Program-made: the position numbers and the translations under genes
In this document: positions 1 to 9,469 of the stretch, piece after piece
Numbering within the stretch: position 1 is the first letter of the stretch
Layout: every line of letters starts with the position of its first letter
The notes under the pieces: model-generated
Databases searched by the model: none
What the model was told of the DNA's origin: nothing
Seen by the model: the letters and a program-made list of their open reading frames with translations, nothing else
IMG/VR virus record: IMGVR_UViG_3300044802_000046
Coordinates: 3,568-67,567 of that record
From: a virus
Direction: 5' to 3' (one strand)
Length of the DNA stretch: 64,000 bases

Positions 1-57
1 GTTGTAATGTGAGAGTAAGAGCTTTTTGTTATCCCGCGTTATTTTAAACCAAACAAC

Positions 58-171
58 ATGAAAACTCAGCCAAAAGAAAAACCTCATTGGTACTATAGTT
101 TTTACGCAAAGTATTATGGGGATAAGATAATTAAAATGTGTGATGAATCAATTAAAAATAATAAGAAATAA
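58..171 (+). CDS. small hypothetical protein (37 aa, MKTQPKEKPHW...)
   Basis: ATG at 58 after an A-rich leader, TAA at 169-171; below the ORF-track cutoff. Confidence 0.35.
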   Translation: MKTQPKEKPHWYYSFYAKYYGDKIIKMCDESIKNNKK

Positions 172-443
172 AATCGCCCTGTTTATTCGGATCAGTTTTT
201 CATTGTGCCAAAAAGTTTGTACCGGCGGAGAAGATAATGAACTTTTTAGGGTATTATCCAGACGAAGATTGCGATTTCGATCAAATAGACTTCAATCAAT
301 TTATATACAATTTCAATAATAACGACAAGTACAATTTTTTGGAAATGTATTGAAATTAATAAATTGCTAATTTCTTGGCATTTTTGGTTAGCCGATCAGA
401 ATCGTTTCGGAAAAGACATTATTGACATAAATACTATAGAATA

Positions 444-953
444 ATGATAACGCACTCCACTTTTTTAAAAAGTACTATTATAAGCAAACAGGTTCGGATT
501 GATATGCGCATATTCTTCAACCTGTCCGAACAAGAATTAAACTTCCTCTTAGCATCCATGTTGATTTTTATGGATGAGGATTACAATAACAAAGTGTTTA
601 CAGCAAGACTAATCACTGTATCTGCTAAAAATTATTTAGGACTAAGCTTACCGTCAAGGTCATTATTAAAAACAATGAAAGATTTGACCGAAAAAGGATA
701 CTTTGTATTTGTTGGTAATATTTATGTTCCTAGCGTTGATATTCGCGATAACTTCCGGATAAGCGCTAAATTCAGTATTGTAAAAGAAAAAATAAATTAT
801 TTCATAGCGGTTCACCAGTCTTTCATAGATTTAGAATCCGGATATTATAATAATATAAAAGAAGTTAAGTTGGGAACTACTTTTTTTAAGAATACTAAGA
901 AAGATGTTGTAAAACATATGCGAGAATTGAAAAAATTAAAAAGAAAGAAGTAA
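444..953 (+). CDS. hypothetical protein, possibly winged-HTH DNA-binding
   Basis: 169-aa ORF; helix-helix-strand pattern (SRSLLKTMKDLTEKGYFVFVG) and basic C-terminus. Confidence 0.55.
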   Translation: MITHSTFLKSTIISKQVRIDMRIFFNLSEQELNFLLASMLIFMDEDYNNKVFTARLITVSAKNYLGLSLPSRSLLKTMKDLTEKGYFVFVGNIYVPSVDIRDNFRISAKFSIVKEKINYFIAVHQSFIDLESGYYNNIKEVKLGTTFFKNTKKDVVKHMRELKKLKRKK

Positions 954-962
954 ATTTGAATT

Positions 963-2342
963 ATGAAAATAGAAAAACTTACACCAGAACAAGAGGCCAA
1001 AATACCGATATATTTAAAAAGGTATTTTGACAAAGTGTATTCTTCTAAGCCTATCATAAAAGAAGATGCAAAAACCAGTATTGAATATATTTATAATAAC
1101 GCTGGTTATAAAATACCTTTTATATGGTATTGCGATAGTCCGTTAATGATGCAAATTATTGGTAATTTATTTACTAATAAAGATCTTCGGGCCAATCTTG
1201 GGGCCAATCTTGAGGCCAATCTTTGGGACAATCTTCGGGCCAATCTTGAGGCCAATCTTTGGGACAATCTTCGGGCCAATCTTTGGGCCAATCTTCGGGA
1301 CAATCTTCGGGACAATCTTCGGGCCAATCTTCGGGCCAATCTTTGGGCCAATCTTGGGGCCAATCTTGGGGCCAATCTTCGGGACAATCTTCGGGACAAT
1401 CTTCGGGACAATCTTCGGGCCAATCTTTGGGACAATCTTCGGGACAATCTTCGGGCCAATCTTTGGGCCAATCTTGGGGCCAATCTTGGGGCCAATCTTG
1501 GGGCCAATCTTGGGGCCAATCTTTGGGACAATCTTGGGGACAATCTTCGGGCCAATCTTTGGGCCAATCTTTGGGCCAATCTTGGGGCCAATCTTGGGGC
1601 CAATCTTCGGGACAATCTTTGGGACAATCTTGGGGACAATCTTGAATATATATCAACATCGCATTATGGTAATTTGTCCGATTATGGATGGACATGTTTT
1701 TACGATTTTATTAATAATGAACTTTTACCTTCCTATAATTTAGAATTATGGAATAAATGGAAGATATTGATAAATTCAAATGTGTATGATATGATCCAAT
1801 TAGACGAATTGTGCATAGTTTGTTCAATGCCGAATATTGTGAATATTGATATAAATAAAAGAATTCATTCCGAAAATTCATGCTCAGTACATTTTAAAGA
1901 TGGATATGAAATATACTCATGGCATGGTACTATTATTCCGAAATCGTGGATTACAAACAAAGATTTGATAACAAAAGATACGATACTTAACGAACAAAAT
2001 GCTGAAAAACGCAGAGTATTACAAGAAATATTAGGCTCTGAAGAGTTTTGTAAAAGACTTGAATGTGAAATAATAGACTCTAAAATAGATGGACAGGGAA
2101 ACTTGATGTCGCTTTGGAGGTCTAAAGATAAAGACATTATATGTAATGAGTTTATTCAGTATTACGATTGCATATGCCCGTCAACCAAAAGAAGATACTT
2201 TTTGTGTGTGCCTGAAACGTATAAAAACGTAGAGGATGCAAAACGATATACTTTCAAGGATAAAAATATCGAAATAAGACATGGAGATTTAGGCTTTTTG
2301 AACCTGAAAAAAGAGTTTAATCAACCAATTTTTGAATCATAA
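963..2342 (+). CDS. DUF6745-like protein with central NL(R/W/G/E)(A/D) tetrapeptide repeats
   Basis: N-terminal IEKLTPEQEA...CDSP and C-terminal RIHSE..SVHFKDGYEIYSWHG, NAEKRRV, CPSTKRRYFLCVP motifs typical of this phage family. Confidence 0.75.
   Translation: MKIEKLTPEQEAKIPIYLKRYFDKVYSSKPIIKEDAKTSIEYIYNNAGYKIPFIWYCDSPLMMQIIGNLFTNKDLRANLGANLEANLWDNLRANLEANLWDNLRANLWANLRDNLRDNLRANLRANLWANLGANLGANLRDNLRDNLRDNLRANLWDNLRDNLRANLWANLGANLGANLGANLGANLWDNLGDNLRANLWANLWANLGANLGANLRDNLWDNLGDNLEYISTSHYGNLSDYGWTCFYDFINNELLPSYNLELWNKWKILINSNVYDMIQLDELCIVCSMPNIVNIDINKRIHSENSCSVHFKDGYEIYSWHGTIIPKSWITNKDLITKDTILNEQNAEKRRVLQEILGSEEFCKRLECEIIDSKIDGQGNLMSLWRSKDKDIICNEFIQYYDCICPSTKRRYFLCVPETYKNVEDAKRYTFKDKNIEIRHGDLGFLNLKKEFNQPIFES
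1182..1643 (+). repeat. 12-bp tandem repeat, 38 units plus a partial, consensus AATCTT(C/T/G)GGG(A/C)C
   Basis: Read directly from the sequence; explains the overlapping repetitive ORFs in other frames. Confidence 0.98.
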
Positions 2343-2358
2343 TTTTAAAACAATAAAT

Positions 2359-2661
2359 ATGAAAACAAGAGATTTGTCAAAAAGAGAATCAAGAATTATT
2401 ACTAGGGGTGAACAGTCGAACCATTCTCACATCATAACTGGCGATTGTGAAATTTGGGAAGACAACGACGAAGTATTTGTCAAGGCAGGTAAAAACTGTG
2501 CGATCAAACACTTGCTTGAATCAATATTTGTCGAACAGGGTGTTGAGAAGTGGACAGGCGAACATACTGACATTGCATTAGCCGAAGGTGAAACATACAT
2601 GTACGTTCAGCAAGTAGAGTATAATCCTTATGAAAAGGCAATCCGTAACGTTAAAGATTAA
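2359..2661 (+). CDS. small His-motif protein, usual partner of DUF6745-like proteins
   Basis: RGEQSNHSH, IKH, GEHTDI, QVEYNP motifs; ATG 2359 preferred over 2332. Confidence 0.7.
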   Translation: MKTRDLSKRESRIITRGEQSNHSHIITGDCEIWEDNDEVFVKAGKNCAIKHLLESIFVEQGVEKWTGEHTDIALAEGETYMYVQQVEYNPYEKAIRNVKD

Positions 2662-2683
2662 TTAACAATTTAAAACAAATAAA

Positions 2684-3436
2684 ATGCTTGGATCAAACAC
2701 TGGAACACCAAAAATTTATCTTACTGTTGGTTTTGGTAAGATAAGACAAAAATCATTTGAGAACAAAACCAAGGTTGATGCAAATACGCCCGGCGCCGTC
2801 AAGAGATTAACAAAGGCAGGGGCCGAATCATGGGCTATGGAGCACGATTTTATCGGCGGAATAATCGAGGGAATATTCTATAAAGAAGATAAAGAGTACG
2901 GAAATTCATTCGAAGTTACTTTGTCTGATGGTCCCGATGTTTATCAACTGTCTTTTTCTGAAGATAGTTTATTCTGGACTGCTTTTATGGAAAGGTTGCC
3001 AAATATCGTTTTGGATAGGCCGATTGTAATTCACGTCTATGATTTCGAGGATAAGGACAGAAAAAGAAGAGCGGGGCTTAATGTTGAGCAGGATAATAAC
3101 GCCAATACAACTAAAAAAGAAAAGAAGTCTGGCGAAGTAGTTTACAATGTAAATTCAGCCTACCGGGAATGGGTTGGAGTAGCCCCAAATGGCTCAATGG
3201 TATTTAAAAATGGATTCCCGGATTCTGATGGTGTTAATTTTAAAGACCCGGAAGACCAAAAGATCTATTTTTTACAAGTTAAGAAGTTCTTGAGAGGTCA
3301 ATTTAATAAATTGGTTTTTAATAAACCTGTACAAAGTAATCCGGCATCATCTTCAAATCCTGGGGCGGCTTATGATATTCCGGCGGATAATTTTGTAGGG
3401 GCTGAAGGTGACGGATCTGACGACCTTCCATTTTAA
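2684..3436 (+). CDS. putative single-stranded DNA-binding protein
   Basis: Beta-rich core, low-complexity linker and acidic C-terminal DDLPF tail; recombination-module context. Confidence 0.7.
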   Translation: MLGSNTGTPKIYLTVGFGKIRQKSFENKTKVDANTPGAVKRLTKAGAESWAMEHDFIGGIIEGIFYKEDKEYGNSFEVTLSDGPDVYQLSFSEDSLFWTAFMERLPNIVLDRPIVIHVYDFEDKDRKRRAGLNVEQDNNANTTKKEKKSGEVVYNVNSAYREWVGVAPNGSMVFKNGFPDSDGVNFKDPEDQKIYFLQVKKFLRGQFNKLVFNKPVQSNPASSSNPGAAYDIPADNFVGAEGDGSDDLPF

Positions 3437-3502
3437 TTAACTTATTAATATTAAATTAATTAAATATTAAAAATAAAGAATTTTAATTTAATTTTAAACA
3501 AA

Positions 3503-3913
3503 ATGAGTATTTATTCAAAACTTTATTGGCTAACTAGGCTAGATGGAATTCAAGGATTGTTTATTGCATTTGCCGTAATTGCTTTTGTCGCAGCCATAGC
3601 TATAGCTGTATATGCAATATGTAGTGCAGATTTTGATGAATTTCATGAAAAGGAAATTGAAAAACGAAAGGCGTCAAGAAAGTCGTTGCTTAAAAAAATA
3701 AATTGGATTATTCCTTTAGGGTTTACATTTACTATCATAAGTATTTTAATTCCAAATAAAAACGAAATGATATTCATTGTTGCCGGAGGTAAAACAATTG
3801 ATTGGGTTCAAAAGGATACTAGTATCTGTAAAATACCATCTCAAACAACTGCTATTATTTCTGATTTCTTAGATAAGCAAATTAAGAAGATGAACGAAAA
3901 ACCTGATAAATAA
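3503..3913 (+). CDS. two-TM membrane protein
   Basis: LYWLTRLD start and two hydrophobic segments. Confidence 0.7.
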   Translation: MSIYSKLYWLTRLDGIQGLFIAFAVIAFVAAIAIAVYAICSADFDEFHEKEIEKRKASRKSLLKKINWIIPLGFTFTIISILIPNKNEMIFIVAGGKTIDWVQKDTSICKIPSQTTAIISDFLDKQIKKMNEKPDK

Positions 3914-4863
3914 TGGAAACATCAGAAATAAGAGATATTGAAGTTGTCGAAAACATGCTCAGGATCGGCAACTTCAATAAAATGTTCAGAGTAAACTACA
4001 TGGGCTATAGGCTCTACATTCAGCAAGAACCATTTGAGTACTTCTCTGGACTTACAGGGGCTTTGAGCGCAGCAACCTTTGTCGGTAATCCCGACCATAA
4101 AAGGCTTGTAAAGTGGCGCGAAAAAATGGTCGGTTCATTCGGTGAAAAAAATACTGACGACTACGTAGGTATGACGGCAGATTTTGGAACCCTACTTCAC
4201 ATGGCTCTAGTTACCATAAAAGAAAAAGGCGGCATCAATTGGAGTGAAGAGAAAGACAAAGCTTATGATTATTTTGTAAATGCTTACAAGGCAAAGAGTC
4301 TTGAACCGGATCTTCGGGTAACAAAAGCGATGTCTTACGAATACTGTAAACACGTGGCCTCTCTCATGCAATTTATCTTTGAAAGAGTCCATGAAATTTA
4401 CGCCATTGAAACTCCGGCCATTTGGAAGACGATGAAAATAGCTACGCCAATTGATTTATTTTGCTCGTGCCGATGTACTGAGAAAGGAGCGTTTAAAAAC
4501 GTAACTATAAATCTAAAGACCTCGAATCAAATTTCAGGTCACCAGATGGAGCAAGTTGCTTGCGAACAATTAATGTGGAATGAGACATATGAAATTCAAG
4601 CTGAAAATACGGCTATCCTAAGAACTAAGGATTGGATAGATTCTAAAGTGCCAACCTTCGACTTTAAATACCTAGGATTGGAAGAATCCACTGCTTTATG
4701 TCAAAATGCCGCAAATAGGCTCTGGATTTGTTTAAATAGTGATTCGAGCTATTACCCTTCGCCTACGAACAAATCGTTCAGTGGAGTTACTAAAATAGGG
4801 GAGAAGCCGGTTATTATCACTAAGACCCTTAAGGAGGAATGGGAAAGCGTATTAATTCTTTGA
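3913..4863 (+). CDS. PD-(D/E)xK-like exonuclease
   Basis: ADFGTLLH, IE, TPID, INLKTS, Q...Y/W motif order. Confidence 0.6.
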   Translation: METSEIRDIEVVENMLRIGNFNKMFRVNYMGYRLYIQQEPFEYFSGLTGALSAATFVGNPDHKRLVKWREKMVGSFGEKNTDDYVGMTADFGTLLHMALVTIKEKGGINWSEEKDKAYDYFVNAYKAKSLEPDLRVTKAMSYEYCKHVASLMQFIFERVHEIYAIETPAIWKTMKIATPIDLFCSCRCTEKGAFKNVTINLKTSNQISGHQMEQVACEQLMWNETYEIQAENTAILRTKDWIDSKVPTFDFKYLGLEESTALCQNAANRLWICLNSDSSYYPSPTNKSFSGVTKIGEKPVIITKTLKEEWESVLIL

Positions 4864-4899
4864 AAATAATAGTACTAAATTTAATTTAAAATCGTAAAA

Positions 4900-5424
4900 A
4901 TGAAAAATTTATTTTATTTGTTGATCTTATGTTCATTACTTTATAGCTGCGATCAGGATCAGTCTGGAATTCCTAAATCCGCCTCAGGAGTATCTAAGGC
5001 AAATGTCAAGGTGCAAGTAGATGAAAACGGGAACAGTGTTGAACAGAATAATATTATTGAAAGACTTCGCCGGGATAACCTTCCTGGATCTATCAAGCAT
5101 TTATATGTTATTTCGGCATATTCCGGGCAGGTTATAATATATTCAACAGTAAAGGGAAAGGTTACGAGCTCAAGTAAAAGACTAACTCCTGGTAATGTAA
5201 GTAATGAGTTGGGGTTTAGAGTGGATATTGATAACGAGTCTTTTCATACAAAGGAAGTTCTTGGCGATGACGGATCTTATGGGAGTTCGGACCCTTACAT
5301 ATATTGGTTCGATGTAAAAGGAGTTTACCACCAACATTACTTATCTGGAGGTCAAATAGTCCATATTTCAGATCAGCCAATTGCGGTTAAGTCAGTTATT
5401 ATAAATATGGAAAGCGAGAAGTAA
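4900..5424 (+). CDS. conserved phage lipoprotein
   Basis: Signal peptide ending LYSC; EQNNI, VKGKVTS, DDGSYG motifs. Confidence 0.7.
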   Translation: MKNLFYLLILCSLLYSCDQDQSGIPKSASGVSKANVKVQVDENGNSVEQNNIIERLRRDNLPGSIKHLYVISAYSGQVIIYSTVKGKVTSSSKRLTPGNVSNELGFRVDIDNESFHTKEVLGDDGSYGSSDPYIYWFDVKGVYHQHYLSGGQIVHISDQPIAVKSVIINMESEK

Positions 5425-5876
5425 TGAAAACATTTGCTTGGATAATTTTAGGAGTATTGGGATTAGGACTTTTATCCTTATTTGGAACCTGCGTAAGATC
5501 TTGCAGTAATGCCGAAGAGACGGCTTATAAAGAATTTAATGCTTCCGCTCTACTTAAAAAGTATGAATACTTTAAAGATATTTCATCTCAATTGGATAAG
5601 AAGGTTGCCGACTTATCCGTATTTACAGTAAAAATAAAAAGCTTAAAGGCGGATTATGTTGGTAAGGACAGGTCTAAGTGGGCTAGGGATGATCGAGAGC
5701 AACTTTCTATTTGGCAAAGTGAATTAGATGGCATGAAAGCTAGTTATAATGAATTAGCAGCTCAATACAATTCTGCGATGTCAAAATTTAATTATGCTTT
5801 TTGCAATGTAGGGTCATTACCTAAAGGGGCAGCCGACCCGCTGCCAAGAGAGTTTAAACCGTACATCATAGATTAG
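5424..5876 (+). CDS. membrane-anchored coiled-coil protein (LemA-like)
   Basis: N-terminal TM, YEYFKD, YNELAAQYN; overlaps the upstream stop. Confidence 0.65.
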   Translation: MKTFAWIILGVLGLGLLSLFGTCVRSCSNAEETAYKEFNASALLKKYEYFKDISSQLDKKVADLSVFTVKIKSLKADYVGKDRSKWARDDREQLSIWQSELDGMKASYNELAAQYNSAMSKFNYAFCNVGSLPKGAADPLPREFKPYIID

Positions 5877-5877
5877 C

Positions 5878-6441
5878 ATGGAAAAACTATTCTTTTACGA
5901 TCTCGAAACCACTGGCGTTAAATACTGGCGCAATGGTATTCATCAAATGTCCGGCGCAATTATGATCGACGGTGAAATTGTTGAAAAATTCAACTTCAAA
6001 GTGAAGCCCTTTGAGAAGGCCGAAATTGAAGACGAAGCTCTGAAAGTTGGCAATGCTACCCGTGAACAAATTGCAAAATATCTTGAGATGAATTTTGTAT
6101 ATAAGGAACTTGTAAGTATGCTTGCAAAATACGTGGATAAATTCAATAAGACAGATAAATTTCATCTTGTCGGGTACAACAATAATTCATTCGACAATCC
6201 TTTCTTTAGAGCCTTCTTTGTCCAAAATGGAGATCAATATTTTGGCTCGTGGTTTTGGCCGGACTCGATAGATTGTTATGTGTTGGCTTCGAATAAATTT
6301 AAAGGAGAACGAGCTTCTTTTCCAAATTTTCAACAGCGGACAGTTGCTAAAAAACTTGGAATTAAAGTTGATGAAACTAAGCTTCATGATGCCGAATATG
6401 ACGTATCACTATTAATTCAAATTTACAAATTAGTATCATAA
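5878..6441 (+). CDS. DEDDh 3'-5' exonuclease (DnaQ/epsilon-like)
   Basis: ExoI DLETTG, ExoII GYNNNSFD, ExoIII HDAEYD. Confidence 0.92.
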   Translation: MEKLFFYDLETTGVKYWRNGIHQMSGAIMIDGEIVEKFNFKVKPFEKAEIEDEALKVGNATREQIAKYLEMNFVYKELVSMLAKYVDKFNKTDKFHLVGYNNNSFDNPFFRAFFVQNGDQYFGSWFWPDSIDCYVLASNKFKGERASFPNFQQRTVAKKLGIKVDETKLHDAEYDVSLLIQIYKLVS

Positions 6442-6471
6442 TACATTTAATTAATCTTTAATATTAAGAAC

Positions 6472-6738
6472 ATGACAAGAGTAGAAATTTTAAAATCAAA
6501 AGCAGACAAAGAAAAGAATTCTGATTTCCTTTCAGTAGGTAAAAAGGATCAGGCCGTTATTAACGCTCTTAAGAGTAAGGCAGAGCTTGAGCTTATCGAT
6601 GCTGAACAATTCGTCGATGATTGGATTGCCGATCCTAACTTATCCCTAGATGATCAATTCTTGGCACTTTACGCTAAGCTTAAAAAAGCCCAGGAACGCA
6701 TTGATTTGCTCAACGAAATTGAAGCCAAGTATTTATAA
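6472..6738 (+). CDS. hypothetical coiled-coil protein
   Basis: 88-aa ORF in operon context. Confidence 0.7.
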   Translation: MTRVEILKSKADKEKNSDFLSVGKKDQAVINALKSKAELELIDAEQFVDDWIADPNLSLDDQFLALYAKLKKAQERIDLLNEIEAKYL

Positions 6739-6739
6739 T

Positions 6740-8143
6740 ATGAATATTATCTTCAAAAACAAAGGAATCCTCTCATTGTTGGACATAACAACAATGGGGG
6801 ACTCCATTAAAAGAGACGATCCGACAAAGATCGGAAAGTTTGACTCTGGGCTTAAGTACGCTCTCGCTGTTCTGTACCGAAACGGAATAGAAGTTAGTAT
6901 ATTAAGTGGCGATTCTGTATACGAATTCGATACAACTACTATTACGGCTGATGATTCAACCAAAAAAACAAAAGAATTATTAGTTGTAAATGAGTATAAA
7001 GTGAATTCAGAACCTTCTGAAAGTATATGTAAAAAATGTGCTGATATTTATTATAATGGATATGTTAATACAGGACCGCATAATCTATGCGAAGGAGCTC
7101 ACTGTTCAGATATGAATGACTCAGATGAAGATCCTATAATTCACGTAACAGCATTTAGCCCTCAGCTTGGGTATGAATGGAAGGTTTGGATGGCGATACG
7201 CGAATTATATAGCAATTGCCTTGACGAAGGCGGGGAGGTAGAGTTTGTCAATACCAATATTTCGCCCAATGCAATACCGGGTTCAACTATTATATTTATT
7301 CGTAATAAAACATCGCTTATTATTAATGAAATAATAGAAAATTGGAATAAATATTTTCTTAAAGATGAAACGCCTATTTACGAATACGACGATCTAAAGA
7401 TATTCGAAAATTCAGACCCCGATTCGCATTTAAGATTATATAAAAACAAGATTCTTATACACGAAAACAAAAGTGTTAAAAGTAGATTCGTATATGATTT
7501 CAAAAGAGCTTCTATTGATGAGATGAGACTTCTTAATGATTATAATTCATACGAAAGTCATATTGAAAAATGTATGTGCTATTGTAAGGACAAGGCTTTT
7601 ATTCAAAAATTAATAGAACGTCATGATGAAGATTTATTTGAATCTAAATTATCCTTCTACTGTTCATTGAGTGACGAATGGGTTAATGTTATTAATGACA
7701 CATACCCCTCCCTTACAGAAAAGGGTGAAGTATTTGTGACAAATTCGAATCTATTTACAAAACTCATGGAGGACCCACGAATAGATATTGGATTCAAGAA
7801 AGTGAAAGTTAATTCCCCCAGCTATTGTTGGGCAGATACTAAGGTTGAGATAATAAATCCAAGCTTAAGTGTAACTAAAGAAAAGACATTTGAAGAAGAA
7901 ATTTTGGGAATATGCAAAGCAAATAATTTTACTGTCACGTTCCCGGTTATCGAATCTAAAATAAGTGGACTTACCTGTGTGGCCGATGTTCATAAAAAAG
8001 TCATATATGTGTCTAAAAATTTCAAAGATTCGGATATGTGGGAGATGGTAAAGTCTCAATTTAGAATTGAATCAGATGACGATCCGGAATATTGTTTTAA
8101 GCAATACGCAAAACTTATTAATAATAAGTATAATGGACAATAA
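6740..8143 (+). CDS. GHKL/HATPase-like protein with permuted motif order
   Basis: IGKFDSGLKYA (G2-like) precedes AIRELYSNCLDEGG (N-box); ATG 6740 follows the upstream stop. Confidence 0.6.
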   Translation: MNIIFKNKGILSLLDITTMGDSIKRDDPTKIGKFDSGLKYALAVLYRNGIEVSILSGDSVYEFDTTTITADDSTKKTKELLVVNEYKVNSEPSESICKKCADIYYNGYVNTGPHNLCEGAHCSDMNDSDEDPIIHVTAFSPQLGYEWKVWMAIRELYSNCLDEGGEVEFVNTNISPNAIPGSTIIFIRNKTSLIINEIIENWNKYFLKDETPIYEYDDLKIFENSDPDSHLRLYKNKILIHENKSVKSRFVYDFKRASIDEMRLLNDYNSYESHIEKCMCYCKDKAFIQKLIERHDEDLFESKLSFYCSLSDEWVNVINDTYPSLTEKGEVFVTNSNLFTKLMEDPRIDIGFKKVKVNSPSYCWADTKVEIINPSLSVTKEKTFEEEILGICKANNFTVTFPVIESKISGLTCVADVHKKVIYVSKNFKDSDMWEMVKSQFRIESDDDPEYCFKQYAKLINNKYNGQ

Positions 8144-8309
8144 AAACAGTAATGAAAGGTCTGAATTGTCAAACATTGTCACAAAGACAATGTCGGAAAG
8201 TGAGCGTAAGGAATGGATATACAACCATGTAGATGATACAATTATTGGGTTGATTATATATTCAATGAATGATAGTGAGGTTGAAAATGAATTAAATAAA
8301 ATAAAATGA
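8133..8309 (+). CDS. small hypothetical protein
   Basis: ATG 8133 overlaps the upstream gene end; stop overlaps the next start (ATGA). Confidence 0.5.
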   Translation: MDNKNSNERSELSNIVTKTMSESERKEWIYNHVDDTIIGLIIYSMNDSEVENELNKIK

Positions 8310-8596
8310 ATAGTAATTTAAAGCACACGCCGGGGCCTTGGTTCGCAGTTGAGTATGCCGGAAGATATAGTTTTCAAAGAAAGGATGAATATGGGGGCCC
8401 GGACTTGCTTGACCAGGATTCATGCAGTAGGGCATGTTACAATGCAAAATTAGCTGCTGCTGCACCCGAACTTTTAAAAGAATTAATGTATCTCGTAAGA
8501 TTATTAGAACCTTTAGAAAGAGAAGGCTCTTTAGATGTTCCCGGTTTAGTAACATTAAATGGAGCTAGAAATGCAATAAAAAAAGCAATAGAATGA
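8306..8596 (+). CDS. conserved small phage protein (KHTPGPW...NAKLAAAAPELL family)
   Basis: Both signature motifs present. Confidence 0.85.
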   Translation: MNSNLKHTPGPWFAVEYAGRYSFQRKDEYGGPDLLDQDSCSRACYNAKLAAAAPELLKELMYLVRLLEPLEREGSLDVPGLVTLNGARNAIKKAIE

Positions 8597-9105
8597 AAAT
8601 ACAAACATGGGTTGACGTAAACGAATTTGGCAGAAAGGAAATACACGAAAGAGAAAAATTCCAAGATGCCATTTCGAATCTTAAATATGGCCGATACATA
8701 TACACTATTGAAAAGATTGAAAACATAAGAAGTCTCGACCAAAACAATGCAATGTGGGGCATTCCTTATGCATTTTTCAATAGGGTATTGAAAGAAACCG
8801 GCCATTTTGAGAATCCTTCCAAGGAGCAAACCCATGAATTTTGTATGTACTATTGCCTTCCTGATGATTACAAGGAAAGGCTTAAAAAGGAATGGGAAGC
8901 TATACCGTCTTTAAGGGATATAAGAACCGGTGAGCTATTTAAAACACCATTCCGGTTAACAACTAAGAAAATGAGTGTTGAAGATTCAATGCACTATTAC
9001 TCAAACATGCAGAAATTCTATGCCGAGAACTTTGCATCAGGCCGGGAAGAGGATTTTATTCCAGATCCTATCCCGGCTCTTTCTAAGAAAAATAAAACAA
9101 AGTAA
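8593..9105 (+). CDS. NinB-like recombination protein
   Basis: RSLDQNNAMWG and TTKKMSVED..Y motifs. Confidence 0.7.
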   Translation: MKIQTWVDVNEFGRKEIHEREKFQDAISNLKYGRYIYTIEKIENIRSLDQNNAMWGIPYAFFNRVLKETGHFENPSKEQTHEFCMYYCLPDDYKERLKKEWEAIPSLRDIRTGELFKTPFRLTTKKMSVEDSMHYYSNMQKFYAENFASGREEDFIPDPIPALSKKNKTK

Positions 9106-9112
9106 GATAAAA

Positions 9113-9243
9113 TTATAACGTTGGTAATAATAAATGTATGGGATTTAAAATCAGTAACCTATCTACATACGCCGAAATAAATTAAAGGTACAATTGCACA
9201 ATTTATCACTACCGCGCATATGTTTTTTTATTGTGTGTTAGCG
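9113..9243 (+). repeat. attC-like hairpin site E1
   Basis: TAAC (9116-9119)-GTTG-imperfect stem with G.T pairs...stem-GT-GTTAGCG (9237-9243); interior similar to E2. Confidence 0.7.
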
Positions 9244-9261
9244 GTTGTTATTCAATTTTTT

Positions 9262-9465
9262 ATGAAAACAAATAAATCAAGACTTGAAGTAGGAGATAAA
9301 GTAGAATTTCACAGCGGAAATTTTGAAGGTTTGACAGGGGAAATAATTCATACAGACTGGAATTCGAAGCGCGAAAAATCGATCTACGGAATAAGACATA
9401 CGGTTGAATTGTCAAATGGAGAAATTGGATATATAGAAAAAGCCGAACATTGGCACTTCATTTAA
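9262..9465 (+). CDS. cassette-1 ORF, small KOW/SH3-like protein (67 aa)
   Basis: LEVGDKVEFHSGNFEGLTGEII; ATG 9262 lies just after E1 and the stop abuts E2. Confidence 0.75.
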   Translation: MKTNKSRLEVGDKVEFHSGNFEGLTGEIIHTDWNSKREKSIYGIRHTVELSNGEIGYIEKAEHWHFI

Positions 9466-9469
9466 TAAT

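Noticed and set aside
422-442. E. coli-type promoter TTGACA...TAGAAT
   Set aside because: Spacing is only about 9 nt and the likely host uses TAnnTTTG promoters.
1182-1643. CRISPR array
   Set aside because: Units are contiguous 12-mers with no spacers, inside a CDS; no cas genes.
1106-1743. Four or five overlapping repetitive ORFs in alternative frames and strands
   Set aside because: By-product of a stop-free 12-bp repeat; only the 963-2342 frame has conserved flanking domains.
3437-3502. Very AT-rich, partly palindromic stretch as replication origin
   Set aside because: No iterons or DnaA boxes seen; compatible with an ordinary AT-rich spacer.
9220-9261. ORF-track start at 9220
   Set aside because: Lies within the right arm of E1; ATG 9262 is more plausible.
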